From: Holosporales bacterium
GTDB lineage: Bacteria; Pseudomonadota; Alphaproteobacteria; Paracaedibacterales; CANFPP01
Direction: 5' to 3'
Length of the DNA stretch: 64,000 nucleotides
NCBI GenBank assembly: GCA_947449005.1
Contig: CANFPP010000002.1
Coordinates: 30,781-94,780 of the forward strand
Below, piece after piece: positions 9,693-17,431 of the stretch. The position numbers were made by a program, and so were the translations under genes. Numbering within the stretch: position 1 is the first letter of the stretch; every line of letters begins with the position of its first letter. The notes under the pieces were generated by a model that ran no database searches, was not told the DNA's origin, and saw only the letters and a program-made list of their open reading frames with translations.

Positions 9693-10794
9693 ATGAGAAA
9701 GCTCTTTTTAAAAACTCTAATCGTATTTACATATCTTTTTACAGTCATTACTGTTGCCAATGCGATGGTTATGCCAGAGGATATAATCGTATACCCGAGT
9801 GAGAATGGCATTAAAGCAAAACGGGTTATTCTAGATGAAATAAACGCCGCTCAAATATCTATTCAGATGTCTATTTATCAAATCAAAGATGCTGAAATTA
9901 TTCAGGCTCTATGTAATAAATCTGAAGCAGGTATAAATGTTGATGTTATTTATGAAGAAACTCCCTATAAGCATGCGTTTAATCAAGGTGTTGGGGCTGA
10001 TTCAGATAACTTACTTGCGCAAATTAAAAACTCTAAGATTCGACTGCACCAACGACCTGAGAACTTAAAAACACTTTTTCCGAATGGTCATTATCACGCA
10101 CGCTATATTATCATTGATAACAACAGATTTTTGTTGTCGACGGGTAATTTTGATGGAACTACCTTCGATCATTGTCGCGATTTTTGTGTCATTTTTTCTA
10201 AAGACAAGAATCAAGTTGTTTTTAAAGCACTTGTAGATTTGTTTAATCGCGATATCAAGAATGAATCTATTGCTGATTTACCAGATTCTGAAGGCGTCAT
10301 TATTGGGCCTCACAATCAACGAGAGAAAATAATATCTTTCTTAGGTCGTGCGAAAAATAATATAAAAATGTACCAACAGTTTTTTAATGACCCCGCTATA
10401 AAAGAGTGCGTAAAAACACTCATTGCTAAAGGCATTAAGGTTGATCTCGTCATGATGGCCTATCCATTAGGTTATGAATCAAAAGATCCGAGCGTTGAAA
10501 CACAAAATGATCTTCAAGCTGCTGGTGCTGATGTTAGACTAATGGATCATCTTTATGCCCACGGAAGAGCCATCATTATTGATGATACCTATGCAATGAT
10601 TGGAACAACACAAACTCTCACCACCTTCTTTAGATGAAAATAGAGAGATTAGTATTGTTATTGAAGGCCTATCTGTTACTAAGCTTGTTGAGCAGTTTAG
10701 GCAAGACCAAGCAGTCTCACAAGCCAATTTAAAAGAAGCAAGAGACACAGCATTAATTAAAAAAGTGAAATGGAATGAGGTTGTGTTAGGGTAA
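9693..10794 (+). pseudogene. Secreted phospholipase D-family protein with two HKD-like motifs, interrupted by a +1 frameshift near 10606..10612
   Basis: Signal peptide MRKLFLKTLIVFTYLFTVITVANA. Motif 1 is HARYIIIDNNRFLLSTGN. Motif 2 is HGRAIIIDDTYAMIGTT, after which the frame ends (QTLTTFFR*). The expected continuation KLSPPSLDENREISIVIEG is found in the +1 frame (track ORF 10600..10794). Confidence 0.7.
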
Positions 10795-10799
10795 GAACA

Positions 10800-10823
10800 C
10801 CTGGGCAGGAAAATCTGCCCAGG
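10800..10823. terminator. Hairpin between convergent genes (putative terminator)
   Basis: cctgggcag-gaaaat-ctgcccagg is a 9-bp perfect stem, followed by T-rich sequence on the plus strand. Confidence 0.5.
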
Positions 10824-10855
10824 GTAAATGTTTGATGTTTTTTATAGATTAAGCT

Positions 10856-11347
10856 TTACTCTTTAATGCCTACGTAAATATCGAGAACGACATTTTGGGG
10901 ATCTGCTGCACGTTCATCATAGACTTCAAAATCAGTTGAATAACGTCTTTCTCCACCCAAATCCTCAGGTGTCATTTGCCAAATTTTAATCCACTCTTGA
11001 ATACAAACATTAGGCATTTGGCCAGGCTCTGTTGTGAACTTAGTATAAACTTGCGGTGCAATCGTGTGCGTCTCTAACCCTTCAGCGAGATCATCAAATG
11101 AGGTAACTTCTTCGCCAATGAAGAAAGTGTAATCACCCGTCCAATCGCTTTCATAATTAGTATAGGCGCATAATGTTGTTTCTGGTTTTTTGCGATGCAA
11201 GATCTTTGTCATGAGTGCATTTTGAAAATAAGATTGGACACAAGGACCAATTTTTCCAGATTCAACGTTACACTCATTGGCATTATTGGTACGTGCTGTA
11301 ATGCCAACCAATTTTATTTCCGGAAGTTGAACTGTTGTTTTACTCAT
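10856..11347 (-). CDS. GyrI-like small-molecule-binding domain protein (Cass2/AraC-effector-binding type)
   Basis: MSKTTVQLPEIKLVGITARTNN...DFEVYDERA...LDIYVGIK is the typical GyrI-like pattern. Start chosen at Met14 of the track ORF. Confidence 0.65.
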   Translation of the reverse strand: MSKTTVQLPEIKLVGITARTNNANECNVESGKIGPCVQSYFQNALMTKILHRKKPETTLCAYTNYESDWTGDYTFFIGEEVTSFDDLAEGLETHTIAPQVYTKFTTEPGQMPNVCIQEWIKIWQMTPEDLGGERRYSTDFEVYDERAADPQNVVLDIYVGIKE

Positions 11348-12554
11348 AATATTTTTCCTTATCAAGCATTCCTTCAGAGCTATCAACGACTAACGCAACA
11401 GCAGCATCTCCTGTGATACTAATAGTGGTTCTAAAGGTATCCATTAACCGATCGATTCCTGCTATTAAGGCGATACCTTCTAATGGTAAATTGACTGATC
11501 CCAATATCATTGGCAGCATCACAAGTGCTGCGCTTGGAATACCAGCCCCTCCGATAGATCCCAACGTTGCTGTAAACATGATAATCCCATAATCATAGGG
11601 AGTGAGAACTTGACCTGCAGCCTGAGCAAAAGTCAGCACACACAAACCTAAATAAATGGCGAGGCCATCCATGTTAAGAGTCGCGCCTAAAGGGAGTATG
11701 AAAGACGCGCTTAGTTTTGAAATCCCCATTTTCTTATGGCAAACTTCCATTGTAATCGGAAGCGCTGCTTTAGTGCTGCTGGTAGAGAATGCCATTGCTT
11801 GATATTCCAAGCTTTTTTTGTAAAAAGGAATCGGTGATAAACGTCCCCAAATAGCAATGATTCCTCCAAATATAAAATACTGCACGATAAAGGCGCAGAT
11901 ACCCGCAGCAACAAGTTTACTCAAGCTTATAATTACAGCAAGACCTTGCGTCCCAACGCACCAAGCCATTAAACAGAAGGCAGCTATAGGTGCCATCTTG
12001 ATAATGATTCGAATCATTGTCAGAACAAATTCTGTTAAATTGCGAATAGTAGCAATAATGGGACGTGCCTTAGGTCCCATAGAAATTATTGTGATTCCAC
12101 AAAAAATTGAAAAGAAAACAACTTGTAGTATTGATCCTTGAGCCATCGCACCAAGCGCATTTTCGGGAACAATATTTAAAAGCATTTCTAAAGGTTTAAA
12201 CACTTCCAACGTTTGAGAAGAGTTCGCTTGTAGAGTGAGTCCAGATCCAGGCTGAAAAACCCAGGCGGCTAACATACCAAGACAAATTGCAAAACAGGTA
12301 CAAAGTATATAGGCAGAACAAGCTTTAGTGCCAATTCGACCTAGTTGTTTTGAGTCCTTAATATTACTTAATCCATTGATAATAGAAAAGAAAATAAGCG
12401 GCATCACAATCATTTTGATGAGCCGAATAAACAAATCTCCAATAGGTTTTAGGGAAGCTGCTGAATCTCCTAAGAAAAAACCTGCAATGATGCCACCGAC
12501 AAAGCCTATCATAACTTTGTGCCATAATTGGATACGAGGAGGAGTGAGTGTCAT
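11340..12554 (-). CDS. Dicarboxylate/amino acid:cation symporter (DAACS, GltP/DctA family)
   Basis: 404-aa polytopic protein. FSTSSTKAALP, LGATLNMDG and DRLMDTFRTTISITGDA are the conserved DAACS motifs. Confidence 0.85.
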   Translation of the reverse strand: MTLTPPRIQLWHKVMIGFVGGIIAGFFLGDSAASLKPIGDLFIRLIKMIVMPLIFFSIINGLSNIKDSKQLGRIGTKACSAYILCTCFAICLGMLAAWVFQPGSGLTLQANSSQTLEVFKPLEMLLNIVPENALGAMAQGSILQVVFFSIFCGITIISMGPKARPIIATIRNLTEFVLTMIRIIIKMAPIAAFCLMAWCVGTQGLAVIISLSKLVAAGICAFIVQYFIFGGIIAIWGRLSPIPFYKKSLEYQAMAFSTSSTKAALPITMEVCHKKMGISKLSASFILPLGATLNMDGLAIYLGLCVLTFAQAAGQVLTPYDYGIIMFTATLGSIGGAGIPSAALVMLPMILGSVNLPLEGIALIAGIDRLMDTFRTTISITGDAAVALVVDSSEGMLDKEKYYE

Positions 12555-13066
12555 TGTGCGTTTCCTAGCCTTTCAAGTAGATTGATGGAATATTGATTCA
12601 TAATATTATTAAATTCTTTGGTTTGTTGTTTTTGTTTAATAACTTCTGAAAGCGTGCGTATAACAAAATCCGTTATTTCTAAGCGTAATTGCTGTTGACT
12701 GTGATCTTTGATTTTTTGCGCTATTGCTATAGAGTTTTGACGAAAAAAATCGTCCATTTTTTCAAGATCTTCTTTTAGTTCTGCTTTTATAGCTAAGACT
12801 TGATGCTGAGCATTCTCAGCAATAGTCAATAATTCTCGATTGATTGTTTCTTGATTGTTATACGTTTCTTGTAAGGTAATATGTGCCTGCTCTTTAGAAA
12901 GAGCGGCATTACTAATTTCGCTTTTTATTTTTGCGATTTTACTATCTAGTAAATTAATTAAAGCCTTATAGCCATAGTAATAAAGAACAACTATGCATCC
13001 AAAAAAACTGATAATAACGGCAGTGTTAACTGAGATCATTTGCTGATGCCTGTTGGTTTTTTGCAA
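12551..13066 (-). CDS. atpF: F0F1 ATP synthase subunit b
   Basis: One N-terminal TM segment followed by a long charged helix. It is the last gene of the F0 operon. Confidence 0.75.
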   Translation of the reverse strand: MQKTNRHQQMISVNTAVIISFFGCIVVLYYYGYKALINLLDSKIAKIKSEISNAALSKEQAHITLQETYNNQETINRELLTIAENAQHQVLAIKAELKEDLEKMDDFFRQNSIAIAQKIKDHSQQQLRLEITDFVIRTLSEVIKQKQQTKEFNNIMNQYSINLLERLGNAQ

Positions 13067-13538
13067 CTTCAGTTATCGCTGCATTAATTTCATCAATGCT
13101 TATAGACGTATCCAAAATTTTTGGAAAGATATTCATAACTGTTTTCGCTACGATAGCGTGTATTTCTTGCTCAATCTGTTGTTTTTGAGACAGAAATTGC
13201 GCTTGAATTTCATGGTGATAATGAGACATTTTAACACTGAGTTCTTGTCGGTTTTCAGTCTTTAATCGTTCCAACTCACGAAGGTTAAAATGCACAAGTT
13301 CATTTGCTTCTCTATGAACCTTCATGAGATTTATTTTATTTTCATCGTTTAGTTTATCAATTTTTGCCTGTAGATCTTCAGTGTTTTCATGGTCCTGTTG
13401 AATCTTTTTAATTCTTGTTTCGATGGTTAAATCCAAACGTGGCAGAATATATTTTATTATTACCAATATTAAAAAGAAAAAACAGATAGCAAGCCAGAAG
13501 ATTTGCGAAGCAAAAGTTGTGCTGTCAAATTGTGGCAT
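13026..13538 (-). CDS. F0F1 ATP synthase subunit b' (second b-type subunit)
   Basis: MPQFDSTTFASQIFWLAICFFFL is the typical b' N-terminus. Its position between c and b matches alphaproteobacterial operons. Confidence 0.75.
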   Translation of the reverse strand: MPQFDSTTFASQIFWLAICFFFLILVIIKYILPRLDLTIETRIKKIQQDHENTEDLQAKIDKLNDENKINLMKVHREANELVHFNLRELERLKTENRQELSVKMSHYHHEIQAQFLSQKQQIEQEIHAIVAKTVMNIFPKILDTSISIDEINAAITEVAKNQQASANDLS

Positions 13539-13545
13539 TGAGTTT

Positions 13546-13770
13546 TTACTTGAAGAGCATGATCATTGCGACCACGAACGCTAACAAAGCAATTGACTCT
13601 GTTAAAGCAAAACCAATCATACCAATTGGAAATAAATCATTTTTTGCAGAAGGATTGCGCGCAATTGAAGAAATTAAAGTTGAAAAGATATTACCTAAAG
13701 CTAGGCCAACTCCCATTAAGGCAAGCATTGCAAGCCCTGCGCCGATCATTTTTGCTGCACCAACGTCCAT
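13546..13770 (-). CDS. atpE: F0F1 ATP synthase subunit c
   Basis: 74-aa hairpin proteolipid with the GAGLAMLALMGVGLALG glycine motif and the ion-binding glutamate in FALTESIAL. Confidence 0.95.
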   Translation of the reverse strand: MDVGAAKMIGAGLAMLALMGVGLALGNIFSTLISSIARNPSAKNDLFPIGMIGFALTESIALLAFVVAMIMLFK

Positions 13771-13789
13771 GTTTTTAACTCCTCAAAAT

Positions 13790-14524
13790 TTAATGCAAAT
13801 TCAACGCATCATTTAAATAAATACAGGTCAGTATAGTAAATACATAGGCCTGAAGTAAAGCGACTAAAAACTCAAACCCTGTAATTGCAATACTAACAAC
13901 TAATGGGAGAATAGCGAGCGGAAAAAATGTTGAGCCCGCAATCAGTGCCACAAAGCCTGCAAATATTTTTAGCATAGCATGGCCTGCAACCATATTGGCG
14001 AAAAGCCTAACGCTTAGGCTGATTGGTCTTGATAGGTATGAGATAATCTCAACCGGAACCAAAAGAGGGGCAATAAAGAGCGGAATATTTTTTGGAATAA
14101 AAAGTCTTAAAAATTCTGTTCCGTGCTTAACAATACCGATGATAGTGATAGCAATAAAAATTATTGAAGCTAAGGCGAACGTTGCAATTATGTGGCTGGT
14201 AAATGTGAATCCGCCAGGAATCATGCCAAGCAAATTTCCCATCAAGACAAAGAGAAAAACACTAAGGATATATGGTAAATAACTCATCCCTTGGGTGCCG
14301 ATATTTGCTTTTACCAGGTTTGCTATGAACTCATAAAGCATCTCGCACAAAACTTGTAGGCGGCCTGGTACTGGTTTTTTAATAGAACCACACGTGAATA
14401 GGGTAATGATTGCAAGAGTTGTCAAAACCATAAACAGAGATGAATTCGTAAAGGATATGTCGAAGCCCGCGATAACAATCGAGAACAATGTATGGATTTG
14501 AAATTGTGCTAAAGGATCAATCAT
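13790..14524 (-). CDS. atpB: F0F1 ATP synthase subunit a
   Basis: Polytopic 244-aa protein containing SLSVRLFANMVAGH (the conserved arginine helix). Confidence 0.95.
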   Translation of the reverse strand: MIDPLAQFQIHTLFSIVIAGFDISFTNSSLFMVLTTLAIITLFTCGSIKKPVPGRLQVLCEMLYEFIANLVKANIGTQGMSYLPYILSVFLFVLMGNLLGMIPGGFTFTSHIIATFALASIIFIAITIIGIVKHGTEFLRLFIPKNIPLFIAPLLVPVEIISYLSRPISLSVRLFANMVAGHAMLKIFAGFVALIAGSTFFPLAILPLVVSIAITGFEFLVALLQAYVFTILTCIYLNDALNLH

Positions 14525-14754
14525 TTTTTATTTTCATTTTGTTGTTGGTAGCTTTCAAAAACACGATAAATATTAAGAGCTCCAGCTAATACTCCAAAGA
14601 CGAAAAATACAATCATTCCCCAAGGATTAGTCTGAAAATATTTATCAATAAAGTATCCTATCATCCCTCCCATAAAAATAGCAGAGATAAATTCAATTCC
14701 AAGACTATAACCTATTTTCAGGCTTTTTTTTAGTTCTAAGGGAGGAGGTGCCAT
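14521..14754 (-). CDS. atpI: AtpI/AtpZ-like small membrane protein of the F0 operon
   Basis: 77 aa with two TM segments. It lies directly upstream of atpB and overlaps it. Confidence 0.65.
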   Translation of the reverse strand: MAPPPLELKKSLKIGYSLGIEFISAIFMGGMIGYFIDKYFQTNPWGMIVFFVFGVLAGALNIYRVFESYQQQNENKK

Positions 14755-14855
14755 AATACAGTTTTTTAAGAATTTGTTAACATAATACTACCGTATAATG
14801 AATAAGATTTCAAATGCGGAAGAATTTAACGCTGCACTCAAAATTTTCTATCTCT

Positions 14856-15644
14856 TCATACAACAAGTTGAAATTTTCTTAGTAAAAATTTAAAAAGCTC
14901 AAAAGAGTGGCTATTGCTTATACTCCTTTTCAAGGAAGATACATGTCTATTACCTGGATTTTGAGCTTCTAACATTTTCAAGTTATACTCAGGACGAACC
15001 CCACTTAATATTGCCTTGCCATTTCCGAAATGACATTCAACTATAGCCGGATGGTTCTCAGTTAGATCGTCATACCAGGCAATAACGTCTATTTCTGGTG
15101 AGAATGAAGACGAGTCAAAATAGCCTCCTCCGTTATGAAAAATTTTCATTGATGAGATTGAAAACTCTGATGTAAGTTTAATCTTGGCTGCTCTTGCTCC
15201 CTCTAGAGAGTCATAATAATATGGTTCATATGCGGGCCCAATAACAGCGCCTGGGAAAAAACCTAATTTCATGTCTTTTACAATTCTTCTGATTTGTGGA
15301 TCTGGATTATCAGGATAAAACATCACTTCTTTTCCTCCAAAATATGCCCCACCTCCAAAGCCTAAGTAACCACCGCCATTTTCAACGTATTGTTTGATGT
15401 TATCTGTTCCTAGTCCATCTAGTTTATTGCGATATGGAGTTGCTCTTCCTCCAGGCATAACGAACAAGCAGGTTTCTTTTTCAATTCCCTCTTTGATGTG
15501 CTCTGCCGTTACTTCCTTAATTATATAATTTATGCCAAGAGCAAGATTTAGGCTATATTTAGTATGCTCTAACGATTATGTTGAAACTCCATCATCTGCA
15601 TAAATAAGAATTAAATTTTGCGCCAACCTAACCTCAATTTTCAC
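14856..15644 (-). pseudogene. BPL_N-type (class I glutamine-amidotransferase-like) protein gene with an in-frame TAA
   Basis: The track ORF (14856..15467) starts mid-domain: MPGGRATPYRNKLDGLGTDNIKQYVENGGGYLGFGGGAYFG. The same frame continues upstream as (GTG 15644)KIEVRLAQNLILIYADDGVST-TAA(15578..15576)-SLEHTKYSLNLALGINYIIKEVTAEHIKEGIEKETCLFVMPGG. Confidence 0.55.
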
Positions 15645-15718
15645 ATTAGTTAAGACTCTATTAACTCCATGATGACTTATAATAGAAAGAATTTCAAAGA
15701 TGTTTTAACTGAGAGGTT

Positions 15719-16285
15719 ATGAAAGCAATGCAGAAGAACACAAAAGACCAATACGGGACAGTTTCCAAGATTTTACATTGGGGAATGGCTGTTTTGATAA
15801 TCTCTATGTTGTTTTGTGGCTTAATCATGACTGATTTGTCCCCATCTCCCTTTAGATGGAAAGTTTATATGATTCATAAATCAGTGGGGTTGGTTATTCT
15901 TTTTCTAATTGTTTCGCGTTTGGTCTGGCGTTTTATCAATATTGTTCCCGAGCTTCCAAAATCACTTCCAGCTACTCACAGAAATTTAGCTAAACTTAGC
16001 CCATACATTTTGTACGCGATGATGATTGTGATGGTTTTGAGCGGCTACATAATGTCAGATATGGGAGGTTATGCGATTAGCTTTTTTGATATATTTACAC
16101 TTCCACATCTCTTTTCAAAAAACCAATCTTTGTCAGCAATAGCAGCCAAAACGCACGGCATAGCTGCTTACTGTTTTATTGTGATTTTAACCACACATGT
16201 TTTCGCGGCTTTTTATCATCACTTTGTTTTAAAAAATGAAGTCCTTAAGCGCATGTTACCATCATCTTCAAAGAAAGGTATTTGA
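15719..16285 (+). CDS. Cytochrome b561 family protein
   Basis: YGTVSKILHWGMAVLII, four TM helices, and conserved histidines (HW, HKS, TH, HH). Confidence 0.8.
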   Translation: MKAMQKNTKDQYGTVSKILHWGMAVLIISMLFCGLIMTDLSPSPFRWKVYMIHKSVGLVILFLIVSRLVWRFINIVPELPKSLPATHRNLAKLSPYILYAMMIVMVLSGYIMSDMGGYAISFFDIFTLPHLFSKNQSLSAIAAKTHGIAAYCFIVILTTHVFAAFYHHFVLKNEVLKRMLPSSSKKGI

Positions 16286-16311
16286 CAGCGCTGTTTATTA
16301 CGAGATACAAT
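16282..16311 (+). promoter_or_regulatory. Sigma70-like promoter candidate (TTGACA-18 nt-TACAAT). Copy a of a duplicated sequence of about 50 bp.
   Basis: ttgaca at 16282..16287 overlaps the cytochrome b561 stop codon; tacaat is at 16306..16311. The sequence is homologous to the segment upstream of ileS. Confidence 0.4.
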
Positions 16312-16367
16312 AAAGGCTAAATTTTATTCTTTGAGGAGATCGAAAAATTAAGATATTAGCTTTATAT

Positions 16368-17339
16368 GTGTGTTTTTTATTATCAATTATACTTCCTTTT
16401 CAGTCAGCCGAGGCTCATGCGCCAGCAGTTACATACACTCCAGATCAATTCTGGGAAGACTATGAGACAAACAAGTCAGTCACAAATGTTGTAGAGCATG
16501 TTCAAAAATTATCTACCCGAATGGAGACAGATACCCTTGAAAGATTAGAGTTTAAAAAGGCGTCTGTACTGTGGTTTTTGGCAACAGGTGGAAAGTATGG
16601 TTTTCTAAAAAGAGTTGCCACATCTGCTGAAAAAGACATTATGATAAATGCTTTAATTTTTGGAACTATGTTACATAGGGTCAGTCATGTTGATGAGATA
16701 TTGCATCTTATTGATGTCCGCAGAGATGCAGAAATTGCGACAGAGGATGATTTAGTAAGCACGCATCTGATGGAGGCACAAAGAATAATAACAGCAACAC
16801 AGATTATGCTTGTTAGCTCTTCGCAAAATCTAAAAAAACGCATACAAGAACTCTTCAATAATGAATATATGGCAACAGTTCCGCCTTCTGAAAATATTAA
16901 ACCGGAGACTGCTGAATGGCAGCAAGAGGTTGGAATTTTTTCTAATGTCTTTACGATAAAATTTGATAAACAAACAAAACAAATCTTCAAGAACTTAAAG
17001 CTTAGTTTTAATGACCCCAAGAAGGCGTACCTTGGTTTTAAAAAATCATCAAACGAAGAAACAGCGGTTAAATTTCGAGAACTTGTTTTAGCGAACTGTG
17101 CACACTTTTTAGCAGGCCAAGAGAGTTCTATTTTTTATTCAGAGCATCACTCTCATGACAGCGATTCCGATGACGAAAATGATAGTGGAATTGATCCTTG
17201 TAGCGTTGACCTAGCTAAACAATTTTTTTGCGCGTCAAGTAAATCGCCCATGCTTCTTCGAGATGCAAAATTAACTTTAACAATTGAGATGCCTACTAAA
17301 GATGAGGAAAGTGATTCATCTTCTGACGAAAAAGAATAG
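16368..17339 (+). CDS. Secreted protein of unknown function, paralog family member 1 (acidic Ser/Asp-rich C-terminus)
   Basis: Hydrophobic N-terminus ending in SAEA. Conserved blocks are shared with ORFs 31147..32139 and 33933..35015 (FW.DYET, VVEHV, KKASVLWFLATGGKYGF, LIF..MLH, THL..Q.IITAT, FNNEY, GFK, FRELVLANC). The start is uncertain: GTG 16368, or upstream non-canonical codons at 16347/16353. Confidence 0.6.
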   Translation: MCFLLSIILPFQSAEAHAPAVTYTPDQFWEDYETNKSVTNVVEHVQKLSTRMETDTLERLEFKKASVLWFLATGGKYGFLKRVATSAEKDIMINALIFGTMLHRVSHVDEILHLIDVRRDAEIATEDDLVSTHLMEAQRIITATQIMLVSSSQNLKKRIQELFNNEYMATVPPSENIKPETAEWQQEVGIFSNVFTIKFDKQTKQIFKNLKLSFNDPKKAYLGFKKSSNEETAVKFRELVLANCAHFLAGQESSIFYSEHHSHDSDSDDENDSGIDPCSVDLAKQFFCASSKSPMLLRDAKLTLTIEMPTKDEESDSSSDEKE

Positions 17340-17365
17340 CGGATGCATCTTAACAAGAAAGAGAT

Positions 17366-17395
17366 TTGACAGTCCTGTTTACGGCAAGGTACAAC
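17366..17395 (+). promoter_or_regulatory. Sigma70-like promoter candidate for ileS (TTGACA-18 nt-TACAAC). Copy b of the duplicated sequence.
   Basis: ttgaca at 17366..17371 and tacaac at 17390..17395, 36 nt upstream of the ileS ATG. Confidence 0.45.
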
Positions 17396-17431
17396 AAAAG
17401 CTAGTTAATTAAGAGGTATAAGGTCAATAAT

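Noticed and set aside
10600-10794. The 64-aa ORF was considered as an independent gene.
   Set aside because: Its sequence (LSPPSLDENREISIVIEG…) is the continuation of the second PLD motif of the upstream gene in the +1 frame. It is treated as part of a frameshifted gene.
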